Assembly (NCBI RefSeq): GCF_001194135.2
Contig: NC_068984.1
Location: 3,178,778 to 3,215,387, forward strand
Reading direction: 5' to 3'
From: Octopus bimaculoides
Lineage: Eukaryota
DNA: 36,610 bases
Of this stretch, positions 1 through 11,056 are shown one piece after another. A program made the translations under genes and the position numbers. Within the stretch, counting starts at the first letter, position 1. Every line of letters starts with the position of its first letter. The notes below the pieces were generated by a model, which was not told the DNA's origin, made no database searches, and worked only from the letters and a program-made list of their open reading frames with translations.

Positions 1-47
<47 letters not shown>

Positions 48-314
48 CAACACACACGCACACACATATATACACACGCGCTCACAGAGACATAAATATT
101 TGCATAAAAATTTCTCTAGTTATAAACAAGGTACAGTGGCACAAATTAGTGTGTTAAAGGGGCCAGTGTGCCAGTGTGTCAATTTGCCAAAATATTCAGC
201 TGGAATCAGTCGAATAGAATCTAAGAAATGTTTTTTCATTCCCACCTGGTTTTACTTCAAATTTTTATTACGCGTGAAAACTTGCATGGCTGCCAGAATA
301 CATACATACATACA

Positions 315-345
<31 letters not shown>

Positions 346-410
346 GTGCATGTGTATGTATGTGTGTGTGTGAGTATAAGTGTGGATACTTATATGTGTG
401 TTTGTGCTTA

Positions 411-443
<33 letters not shown>

Positions 444-788
444 NNNNNNNNNNNNNNNNNNNNNNNNNNNNNNNNNNNNNNNNNNNNNNNNNNNNNNNNN
501 NNNNNNNNNNNNNNNNNNNNNNNNNNNNNNNNNNNNNNNNNNNNNNNNNNNNNNNNNNNNNNNNNNNNNNNNNNNNNNNNNNNNNNNNNNNNNNNNNNNN
601 NNNNNNNNNNNNNNNNNNNNNNNNNNNNNNNNNNNNNNNNNNNNNNNNNNNNNNNNNNNNNNNNNNNNNNNNNNNNNNNNNNNNNNNNNNNNNNNNNNNN
701 NNNNNNNNNNNNNNNNNNNNNNNNNNNNNNNNNNNNNNNNNNNNNNNNNNNNNNNNNNNNNNNNNNNNNNNNNNNNNNNNNNNNNNNN

Positions 789-831
<43 letters not shown>

Positions 832-2554
832 GGGTTGTTTATTCTTATACATCTCTATATACATGCGTACAATCAGATAAAGAAGAGAAAATTAAATATG
901 GCGCCACATTTGTGAAATATCTTTCTGAACCAACGACTTCTCCATCATTCTGTTACTTTGCTAACATTAAAAATATTCCCTTCTTCCATAAATAGTGATA
1001 AAACCAGCGACTGCCTCTCTCTGCTCGGCTCACCACAGAGCTTTACTTGTTGTTGTTGTAAACGACAATGTTTGGTTTGTGAGGTTGTTGTCATAGAATT
1101 TTTCTTTATATGCTCAGATGTAATTTTCTTTATCAGAGGCACAACAACGCTATTTGTCCTGTTGGGGTTGTAACTGTGTTTTATAATATCACTGCTGCTG
1201 CTGCTGCTGCTGTCGTTCCTGCGGATACTGTTGTCTCTATTTCACTTCCAACTGAAGCAAGTCGATGACATTACTGTCATTGAATGACGATGATGAGGAG
1301 GAAGAAGAAGAAGAAGAGGGGTATGGGGAGAGGAGGTGAATAATTCAAATATGTCTCCCGTTTCGAGTTTCATGCGGCTGTCATCGTCAGGCAAGAACTG
1401 TCTTCTTTCGTTATGCTGGACTGGTTCCTAAATAGACCATAGAGGTTTAATTATTCATTTTATGGATGTTGTTTTTCATGAGCGATTTCGATTCTAACGT
1501 TTGTTTTTTTTTATTATTAAGGCGTTATGTGTCGTTGTTGTTTCATTCAATTCATTTGTTATTTTATGGTTCATTGGTCAGCTTCATTGTTATTTTTGTA
1601 TCGTTTTCCGAATCCCATTTTTGTAAAGTTCTTTTCCAAAGATTTTGTTTTTCCTTATATTGTTGTCTATTGCTCAGTCTAGCAGTCACTCTTTCAAATC
1701 AAAGTGTTGATTGCATATTCGCATTGCATTTGACAAAGCGATATCCTATTTTATAGAAACGTTTATTTGCTTACCTCTTATTCATTGGCTGGTTCAATAG
1801 TTGTGCTCGATATGTCTTTACGTTACATTATACATATCCTGTTTTGCGGAAGTTGTTATTCTACACCGTCCATTTCTTTTTACTATTCGAAATCATTTTG
1901 CATTGAGCAGAAGTATAATCTAAGGTGCTCCAGTCGTAATTATTCTGTTTTTGACAGAATAGCTTCAACTTAATGATGCAATGTTTGCTTTTTCTGACTT
2001 CGGGATAACTGTATCGTCACGTCCAGAGGTTGCAGTGTTAGATAATTAACTCGAGAACTTAGTTAAAGTGAAAGAAATAAGAGAAAAGCAAAAAACTAAA
2101 CGACAGAGATTGAAAGAATAAGAGATAAATTAGAAGGAAAATGGAATAACGGAATATAAATATATTTAAAGTTGAACGGAAGTAACAACATTCAAATATC
2201 AGATGGAACCTGTTACCTCCACCATTTTAATTAGATAGATCAACAGAAGTGTTTATCTTCACTTAAACTGGCGTACAGAAGTGGAGTGTAATTGTAAATG
2301 TAATTGAAGGAAAAAGGGAAGTGAATGGGAGGAGGGGAGGGCGAGAAGGAGGAGGGGAGGGCGAGAGGGAGGAGGAGGAGGAAGAAGGGGAGGATAACGT
2401 TGCAGCCGGATATTAAGGATGAAAAATTAATTGAGATAAACAACGAAAACACGCTCCGTCTACCTTTCTCACTCGCTATGTGTGTTCACTTATAAATATG
2501 CATACATACATTCATATATATCTATATATAAACATACATACATACATGCATACA

Positions 2555-2590
<36 letters not shown>

Positions 2591-3631
2591 TAAGTGTGTG
2601 TGTGTGCGTGTGTGTGTGTGTGTGCACGCACTCTATATCCACAAAGCAGTTTTGGCTTCAAGTCTATCCATGGCTTCGTCGTTTAGTTTGCTTCGTAACC
2701 GGATGGTTTCCGACGTCTTTGAGTGAAAGAAACAGGTGGGAATCAAAAGGAGGAAGATGAGAACGAAACGGAGGAGGCTCTAATATGAATGATACTCCAT
2801 TACTTTAGATTTCGGCGTTTCAGGGATTTTAGCTACGTAGCTTCAGTAAGAAGACGGGTTTTATCGTCCCCCATTAAAGCATCTCTCCACCCCTTTAACA
2901 GAAAGCGGTGATCCCTATTGAATCACTCTCCAGATAATGTCTCAGTGGTGGTTCTAGGGAGACCCCCAAAATCTGTCACAAAATGTAATAACACTGATAA
3001 CTTAATAGATATTTCCATTTTAAATTTACACTTTAATGACTAAAGACAGGCCTCGTCTAATGAGGGACACGTAATTAAGTATCGTACCATAGGGAATAAT
3101 TATAAGAATATTGGCTATAATTAATGATTCACTCTCATGCATTTATTTCTATGTGTGTGTGTGTGTGTCTACACATACATACACATATAAGGACATTGAT
3201 ATATAAATACAAATATGTATGTGTGTAAGTGTGTATGCCTATGCATGCAAGATGGGAATTGTACACAGACAGAAAAACAAGACCAGTGGATAGACAAAAA
3301 GACAGACAAACAGATATTGCGAGAGAGATAACGTATGTTGTTATTCACTCCAACGTATCTCGTTCCACATTTACGAAAACAAACCATTGAAAGCAATTTG
3401 TAACTGAAAGTATATTTACATAGATTTGGAGTGTGACGTATAGAATTCGTTTCACGAAGAATGGTACAATTGTAAATCAACAACCAACAACACGTTTTAA
3501 AATAAATATATCGATTAGTCTAATGGTTAGAAACACACATACGTATGTATGTATGTATTATGCATGCACAAAGATATCTACATATATATGTGTGTGTGTA
3601 TGTATACACATATTGTGTGTATTTGTGTGTG

Positions 3632-3678
<47 letters not shown>

Positions 3679-4243
3679 NNNNNNNNNNNNNNNNNNNNNN
3701 NNNNNNNNNNNNNNNNNNNNNNNNNNNNNNNNNNNNNNNNNNNNNNNNNNNNNNNNNNNNNNNNNNNNNNNNNNNNNNNNNNNNNNNNNNNNNNNNNNNN
3801 NNNNNNNNNNNNNNNNNNNNNNNNNNNNNNNNNNNNNNNNNNNNNNNNNNNNNNNNNNNNNNNNNNNNNNNNNNNNNNNNNNNNNNNNNNNNNNNNNNNN
3901 NNNNNNNNNNNNNNNNNNNNNNNNNNNNNNNNNNNNNNNNNNNNNNNNNNNNNNNNNNNNNNNNNNNNNNNNNNNNNNNNNNNNNNNNNNNNNNNNNNNN
4001 NNNNNNNNNNNNNNNNNNNNNNNNNNNNNNNNNNNNNNNNNNNNNNNNNNNNNNNNNNNNNNNNNNNNNNNNNNNNNNNNNNNNNNNNNNNNNNNNNNNN
4101 NNNNNNNNNNNNNNNNNNNNNNNNNNNNNNNNNNNNNNNNNNNNNNNNNNNNNNNNNNNNNNNNNNNNNNNNNNNNNNNNNNNNNNNNNNNNNNNNNNNN
4201 NNNNNNNNNNNNNNNNNNNNNGGGGGGGGGTGTAAAGATATAG

Positions 4244-4259
4244 TGATAGATAGATAGAT

Positions 4260-4322
<63 letters not shown>

Positions 4323-4340
4323 GTAGGTAGATAGATAGAC
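4244..4340. repeat. (GATA)n tetranucleotide microsatellite
   Basis: Direct reading. Confidence 0.95.
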
Positions 4341-4699
4341 AGATGGTTAAATAGATAGGAAGGAAGGAAGGAAGCCTGAATAGTTGGACAGATTTTGTTT
4401 TGAAGATGTGAGGAACTAATGAATGGTCGATGTGATTGTCCGTTTTGTTGTTTCAGCGATGGAAATGTACAGTTTTGTAAAGAATGCTAACGGAACGTGA
4501 TGAAATGAATAGCGATGGAGAAGGTTTAATGGCGGAATTGGCTGGAAGAATGCATGTCAATGATGGAAGCTCTTCCGGAAGTCGGCAATTTCGTGGCAGA
4601 TTTTGGACGACGGTTTCACATTGTTTGTGTGGGAATGGATGAATGGATGGATGGATCATACTCTCTCTCACTCTCTTTCTCTCTTTCTTTATTTGTGTG

Positions 4700-4717
4700 T
4701 GTGTATGTGTGTGTGTA

Positions 4718-4751
<34 letters not shown>

Positions 4752-4902
4752 CATACATGCAAATATAGCGTATAAGCATACATATATATGTATACACACA
4801 CACACATATATATATATGTGTGTGTGTGTGTGTGTATATATACATATATATGTATGCTTATATATATGTATACATATGTATATATATATATGTGTGTGTG
4901 TA

Positions 4903-4936
<34 letters not shown>

Positions 4937-5062
4937 CATACATGCAAATATAGCGTATAAGCATACATATATATGTATACACACACACACATATATATAT
5001 ATGTGTGTGTGTGTGTGTATACATATATATGTATGCTTATATATATGTACACATATATATAC

Positions 5063-5075
<13 letters not shown>
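4700..5075. repeat. Tandem duplication (~185-bp unit x2) of a compound (TG)/(TA)/(CA) microsatellite
   Basis: The unique core gcatacatgcaaatatagcgtataagcata occurs at 4751 and 4936. Confidence 0.85.
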
Positions 5076-5148
<73 letters not shown>

Positions 5149-5845
5149 ATGTTTATACGTGTATGTAGGAGTCTCCATTTCTCTCGTTCTCTCGTTGTAC
5201 TTACGTATCATAACCTCCCTCCACATACACACCTTCACACCCACTCGCACATACACACCTGCACACACATATGCATACACATACGTGCATATGTGTATAA
5301 TATGTATATCCATGTATATGTGTGTGTGTGCTTGTATTTGAACGTGTTTGTTTGTCTGTAGAAAAGAGAGGCGGGAAAGAGTTGGGGGTGATTGATTCTC
5401 CAAGAGTGAGAGATGGAAGAAATATTTCAAGGATGAATTATAGAAAGGAATGAAATCGTTGATGGTGGGTTGTGGGGGGGGGGTGCAATAAGAAGTGGGA
5501 ATGGAACCATTTTTGCAAAAGATTGAAGGAAGAAGAGTAAGAAGAGGAATAAAAGCGAAGGGAGAAAGTTGGAGAGAACGGGATTAAAAACAACTGAAGA
5601 GAAATTGTCAAGTGAAGACATGCGATGAAACTTGATGCAATGGCGGTGGGAAAATATGGCGGCGTGGAAGTGAAATAGTGAGAGAGATTGATAAAAAGTT
5701 TCACGTGTTTCTTTTGACCAGATACAAAAACATTGAAGAAATATGTGTCACTTGAATTGACACCACTGTATTACAGGTATTTGCTTTACGGAACTTCCTA
5801 AAAGAAAATGGCGAATAAGAAATTTGATATTTTAATCGGAAATAA

Positions 5846-6030
5846 GGCGGCAAACGCGCAGAATGGTGAGCATGCTGGGTGAAACGCTTAGCGGTATTTC
5901 GTCTACCGCTACGTTCTCAGATCAAATTCTGCCGAGGTCGACTTTGCCTTTCATCCTTTCGGGGTCGATAAAATAAGTATCAGTGAAACACTGAGGTCGA
6001 TGTAATCCCCCAAAATTGTGCCTAGAGTAA
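5846..6030 (+). mobile_element. tRNA-derived SINE, octopus-type, degenerate
   Basis: ggcgg...gcagaatggtgagca head; ...aaattctgccgaggtcgactttgcctttcatcctttcggggtcgataaaataagta body recalled as an abundant octopus SINE. Confidence 0.75.
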
Positions 6031-6623
6031 AAAAGATATTTTAGTGCCAAGTTCCGCCAATAATTTTAGCATAACGTTTTATTCCATCACCATTATGGTC
6101 GTCGTTGTTGTTGTAATTGTTGCTGTAGTAGGAATGGTGATGTTCAAGCATTTCTTATTGGTGCTAGCAACGAACAGGAAGGAATTCGACTGATGCCACT
6201 AGGAATCGAAACTTTTTCGTGGAGCTGGCTAATCAAAAGCCAGCTAACCAGTTTGAACTTAAATATAACAATCACTTAAGGGAGAGTCAGCTTACTAGAA
6301 ATAACAGTTATGTTCCCGATAAAGAACCCACTGCTGTCTAAAAGGGGAATATATGTACAGTAATGTATTCCTAAATATACTGTCTTTCCCCTTACCCCCC
6401 CCCAAAAAAAAAACAATGGTGGTGACCAAAGATCTTAAGTTTTCTCGTTTGAGTTAAACCAGGGTTAAACAAAAGAGCACAAAATAATCATTTCTAACAT
6501 CAGCATCACAAGAAATGATATTCCGTGAGAAGGCAATGGTTATTTATTTGACCCAAGTATTGTTCTGGTACTTACGCTGTCTGTCTCAATACGATGAAAG
6601 AGAAAACATACGTCATCAAGAAT

Positions 6624-6709
6624 TGAAAAGGAATAATACTACTGCTATTTAGCCCTAGGAAGCGGTGCTACTTCCTAGTGCTAAATAGCAGTAGTATTAT
6701 TCCCTTTCA
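6624..6709. repeat. 86-nt hairpin (39-bp arms, 2 mismatches, 8-nt loop)
   Basis: tgaaaaggaataatactactgctatttagccctaggaag / cggtgcta / cttcctagtgctaaatagcagtagtattattccctttca. Confidence 0.9.
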
Positions 6710-6972
6710 TGGGACTGTCACATTAAGTTGACAGCATCCCACCACTTTATCGTGTTTCTACTGTATAAATCTGTCTGAGCGATTTAGAAATGTATTATTC
6801 CTAATTCCGATTTATAAAAAACGAACAATTTTAAGGACGGATAAATGACTGATGTCAGAAATTGAAAACATATTTCCATTTATAATGTTACATCAACAAC
6901 GACATCAGCAATAACAACAACAATAACGATTCTGTTGTTGGAAAAATAAAATACCATTATCTACTCGAGACA

Positions 6973-7228
6973 GTGAAAGCGTGTAGCTAAGTGGTTAGGG
7001 TGTTCGACTCATGATTGTAAGATTACGGTTTCAATTCCTGGACCGGGCGTTGCGTTGTATTCTTGAGCAAAGCACTTCATTTCACGTTGCATCAGTTCAC
7101 TCAGCTCGCAAAAAGGACTAACTCTGCGACAGACTGGCATCCTATCCAGGTGGAGAATATATATATACGCCGCTGAAACCGGGAAACCGGCCCTCCTGAG
7201 CCTGGCATGGCTCAAGAAGGAAACATTT
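6973..7228 (+). mobile_element. tRNA-derived SINE (family shared with 27578-27783)
   Basis: A box TAGCTAAGTGG (6984-6994), B-box-like GGTTTCAATTCC, gcgttg...ttgagcaa core; alignable by eye to 27578-27783 and the head of 12022-12320. Confidence 0.8.
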
Positions 7229-7311
7229 ATTTATTTTTACCTACTCTAGACTCGAATTGACACTTGTATCACTGACTTACCATTGTAATCAGCAAACACA
7301 CCACCTACACA

Positions 7312-7346
<35 letters not shown>

Positions 7347-7639
7347 TGAGGAGGGTATTGGATTTAACCAAACCCCGGAGGATACAGGTAATACCGAGCA
7401 AGTGCTGTATACCGATTAGTTTGCCCCAATCGTTGTATATATANNNNNNNNNNNNNNNNNNNNNNNNNNNNNNNNNNNNNNNNNNNNNNNNNNNNNNNNN
7501 NNNNNNNNNNNNNNNNNNNNNNNNNNNNNNNNNNNNNNNNNNNNNNNNNNNNNNTATATATATATATATATATATATGCATATATACATACATGTACATG
7601 CTTACATATATAAATATATATATATATATGTATATAGAC

Positions 7640-7880
7640 ATGCATATATGGGCACAGGACGTCAAAAAGCGTAAACAAATAGAAAAACGAAACAGGCAAC
7701 ATAAAGAACAACCCTTCATCAGTTGTCCCCTGTTTTTATCTTCTCCGCATTTCGAGCGTTAGGTCAAGATGCGTCTTCGTCAAAACAGTCGCTCCCGAAA
7801 AGCAAATTAAATAAAATTTGGGATTTGCGGAGGGTCAAAGTTGGTAACAAAAACAGGACAGTGAAAACACATCTCGCGAA
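7640..7880. mobile_element. Probable interspersed repeat just downstream of the tRNA gene
   Basis: Begins at a (TA)n tract; minus strand carries CTGATGAAGGG and GCTCGAAA, motifs seen in Penelope terminal repeats. Family assignment is from recall only. Confidence 0.35.
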
Positions 7881-7895
7881 TCCAGTCTTAGAAGC

Positions 7896-7900
7896 AAAAA
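7896..7900 (-). terminator. Pol III oligo(dT) terminator of tRNA-Ile
   Basis: TTTTT on the minus strand 4 nt after the discriminator base. Confidence 0.8.
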
Positions 7901-7904
7901 TTAT

Positions 7905-7998
7905 TGCCCCGAGTGAGGGTCGAACTCACAACCTCCGCATATCTATTTAAATGTACTGTCTATAAGTACGGCGCGCTAACCGATTGCGCCACCGGGGC
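7905..7998 (-). tRNA. tRNA-Ile (anticodon UAU) with 20-nt intron (7941-7960)
   Basis: Minus strand GCCCCGG TG GCGC AATCGGTTA GCGC G CCGTA CTTATA [gacagtacatttaaatagat] A TGCGG AGGTT GTGAG TTCGACC CTCAC TCGGGGC A. All four stems pair, intron lies at the canonical 37/38 position, mature length 74 nt. Confidence 0.96.
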
Positions 7999-8019
7999 AA
8001 TACATCAGAGCAGTTGTTC

Positions 8020-8031
8020 AAATATATATTT
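8020..8031 (-). promoter_or_regulatory. Upstream TATA-like element of the tRNA gene
   Basis: AAATATATATTT; the TATATA core lies about -25 to -30 from the tRNA 5' end, where TFIIIB/TBP binds. Confidence 0.45.
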
Positions 8032-8337
8032 CAGTGTAGAATTATTTTATATTTCTGTATTATCAATTGATTTAAGAAACAATCGATTTATCATAAATCA
8101 CGAGAGACGTAGAGACGAGGAGGGAGAGAGAAATGAGAAGGACACAAAGACAAAATGAGAGAGGGAGGCGAGTGAAAGACAGAGAAAGAAGAAGAGAGAG
8201 AGAAAACAAAATAGACGATTATCGTCTGCTACGATTTATGCCAGTGCTTTTATACTCCCATATGAAACAATCTCTTGATTCTAATAACACAGTATTCGGT
8301 ATTCAATTGAAACATCCATGTTAAGTTGGATATAACA

Positions 8338-8710
8338 ATTACCTTTTTGGTACTAATACTGCTTTCGTCGCTAATAATTAACTTTTAATAAGCTCTCTGG
8401 CTATTCGAGACATCAGTGTCTGAAAAGGTGCTGATGTTATATAGATCGAGGCAGAGAGATTTGACAGGTAAACGGTAACCGGATGCCTCCCACTGATGAG
8501 GTCCGGAAGACTGAAATCACGTGAAATGGGAGTTCTGGCACCCATAACTGACACTTCTCGTCTGCTACGATTCATGTCTCTGCTTTAATGGAACGTGCGC
8601 CTGTGGGAGAGGATCTCTCGAGTCTAATAACGCAATATTCGGCCCTTTAACAAATCATCGACATAAAGATTGCCTTCTGGTAGTAATACAGTTTCTGTCG
8701 CTAATAAATA
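8338..8710 (+). mobile_element. Retrozyme/Penelope-like repeat unit (~330 bp) carrying the hammerhead
   Basis: Direct repeats 8348-8380 and 8678-8710 (27/33 identical, period 330) flank the hammerhead. Confidence 0.5.
8487..8532 (+). ncRNA. Minimal type I hammerhead ribozyme motif (two non-canonical positions)
   Basis: CTCCCA / CTGATGA / GGTC-cggaa-GACT / GAAA / TCACGTGA / AA / TGGGAG: 6-bp stem I, exact CUGAUGA and GAAA cores, stem II, palindromic stem III. U16.1 is A and C11.1 is U. Confidence 0.8.
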
Positions 8711-8749
8711 GCAGTTTTCATTGTCTTCTACAATTCTGTAACATGAAAG

Positions 8750-8880
8750 GTCAGCTTTGATCGATCAAACCGAGGAACAAAGGCGTTCCAACTGTGACCA
8801 CTCTCCTGTCTTTTTCTTCTAAGTTTACAATATCCATTATCAAGATGATAAGTGTGGCTATTTTTGGTTATTTAGTTGTT
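8750..8880 (-). mobile_element. Fragment of the same repeat family, inverted
   Basis: Reverse complement ...ggtcacagttggaacgcctttgttcctcggtttgatcgatcaaagctga parallels 13850-13900. Confidence 0.45.
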
Positions 8881-9625
8881 ATGTATAGCAGCCCGGGTGA
8901 CTACATAGGCGCTTTATCGCTGACTCGACAACATCACTGTTGCTGAGCCAGCAATTATATGATCAAAAATACTCTAGCCATCTTTTCTTTTTGACATTAT
9001 GTATCGTGGAGTCCATTATTGCTGTCTCAACCCGACAATATGTCTTACATCTCGGTTCAGATATCAGCTCATATTGCAACCAGGTCGTCACCTCCACAGC
9101 AGAATATAAGTAATTTCAATCACAATTTATACTCCCTGCCCTTTTTTAACCAGAATTCAACCATTTAGAGTTTGACATTTTTTTTATTAAGATTTCTTGG
9201 TTTACTTCATGAGTAGTAACTTTACTCTTAAGTATTCATGCAGTAGTCGGCCCTGAGTGGTCCCTTTTGTTATATTTCCAGTCTGACCTCATAAATGACC
9301 TTTGTTGACTTAAAATGATATTTATGGACTTTGGATGAGAAACACTGAACAGCTTAGCCCAAGACCCGAATAGCAAGAATTCTGCCCATAGTTCTCATTC
9401 TCAACTCAAACCATTTCTCTGCAATTTCGCTGGTGCCTCAAACCCTTTTGTTCTCTCCTACGTCGGCGTCATTGGTACATCATTCATGCAACGTGGAAAA
9501 TATACCACTGCAACTATTACCCAAGAAATGTTCGCATCAAGTCTGCTGCACGCTTCTCACGGCTGGTCGGAGTATAAAGGAAAACTAAATAAAAAAATTA
9601 AAAAAAGTAGACCAACGCGCAAACT

Positions 9626-9750
9626 CAAAGAGACCGAGAGGATAAGTACTAGGCTTACAAAGAATAAGTCTTGGGGTCGATTTGATCGACCAAAGCCGGT
9701 GCTCCAGCATGACCGCAGTCAAATGACTGAAACAAGTAAAAAGAAAAAGA
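9626..9750 (+). mobile_element. 3' fragment of the same SINE family as 27156-27530
   Basis: aagagaccga...ataagtactaggcttacaaagaataagtcttggggtcga...gctccagcatgaccgcagtcaaatgactgaaacaagtaaaaaga; tail parallels 27430-27530. Confidence 0.8.
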
Positions 9751-10090
9751 ATGTATGTTTTCTTTGAGTTTTATTTAAGCTCTTCTTGAGAGAGTTCAAG
9801 CCGGTCGCTAACAAAGAGACAAGACTTTTTGAGTTTATGTTTATGAATAAGCGGTTGAGTTGGTGTGTTAGTTGAGTGGCCGATGCACGCACCCAAGTAC
9901 ATGTATCTAAAGAATCTCGGGTGGAGAATCTTTCGAATATCTTACAAATCTTCACTGTGCCACTGATTGATTGGATTTTGAGAGTCCTCTGCTGTTTCTT
10001 TTGTTCTTTTTCCGTGAAACTGTGTATATTTATATATGTATGTATATATATATATTTATATATATATATATGTGTGTGTTTGTGTGTGTA

Positions 10091-10124
<34 letters not shown>

Positions 10125-10539
10125 TGTGTGTGCATTCAGTTAGATAAGTTTCGACCTGTATTGGCTCAGGCCATGTCTAATTTAATAGCACTGCCTGGAA
10201 AAGTTAATGATGTTTCATATTACAGTCCTTGTTTGGGCACCCTAGACCATTCGAGTTACTGTTTGCAGCGATATATCCCGGCGCGGGTGGTCTTTATCTG
10301 GAATTTGTTGGAGGCTTTCATCCAGGACACTGTCGTTTTCTTCTGTTATGTATATTGGCACGATATTAAAGACTGCTGGGCCAGTTGAAGTTAGATAGTT
10401 GTGTATTAATGATGTGATGTGACGCCAGCATGATTTTTGTAGGGGACGGATAGTACTGGGATTAAGCTACGGATGAATTTTAAAGTTGACGCCTACACAC
10501 ACACACGCACGCACACACACACATCAACGAATGTTTAAA

Positions 10540-10815
10540 GGGTTCACTTGGCACCCATGGTCCCGTGTTTGACCGCATTGTCTTATTGCTAGTCCCCAGG
10601 GCCAATCTTTGTGAGTTAGACGGAGTAGCTGGAAACTGTACGGAAACCCGTCAGGTAGATTCTCCCTGAAATTTCATGGCCCAGCCATATGATCCACTAT
10701 TTAAAAATTACGTTAAAAGGTCACTTGTCTGTGGGATACTCAGCCACCTTCATGCTAATTATTCAATAAGTCGAATTGATGGAACAACTAAATGCGTCGT
10801 CGGCATCGACGAAGA
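10540..10815 (+). mobile_element. Highly degenerate SINE remnant
   Basis: attacgttaaaaggtcacttgtctgtgggatactcagccacctt...aattgatggaacaact resembles 12225-12300; upstream cttgtgag...gacgg...gaaac resembles the 27156 SINE body. Confidence 0.5.
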
Positions 10816-10985
10816 TCCATTTCAATTGTTTAAAGCTCTTATTAAAGAAGATCTGTGTGAGAGGGCCCGGTTTGTGATTTACAATGAAAAACGAATTAAA
10901 AAAATACCGCCAACAACAAAAATACAAAAAGACACAATAACAAAGCAACTGGGATGGGGGATTGTGGGATTGAATGGGTGGAGGA

Positions 10986-11056
10986 GGGGCGGGGGTAGGG
11001 CTAAATGAATGGAGGTTCGGAGGTTAGGCGAGAACTTGTTTCGTTCACGTGACTCA
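10986..11056 (+). promoter_or_regulatory. Candidate promoter cluster: GC box, E-box and overlapping AP-1 site
   Basis: GGGGCGGGG (10986-10994), TCACGTGA (11045-11052) and TGACTCA (11050-11056), followed by CpG-richer sequence ending in CAG|GTATGT at 11466/11467. Confidence 0.35.

Noticed and set aside
100-995. Long ORFs with [16 protein letters not shown] runs and X stretches here and throughout (e.g. 3433-4257, 24866-25727, 30810-31675, 32233-32962, 33759-34521)
   Set aside because: Dinucleotide microsatellites and N gaps lack stop codons; there is no protein signal.
945-1380. Protein-looking minus-strand stretch (poly-S, poly-Q, poly-A in different frames)
   Set aside because: Every frame is interrupted by stops and the features come from trinucleotide repeats; no clear splice sites. 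It could be UTR, but I cannot support a CDS.
9876-10388. 170-aa ORF with SPCLGTLDH, faintly like a LINE endonuclease SDH motif
   Set aside because: Half of it is (TG)/(TA) repeat and the resemblance is too short to call.
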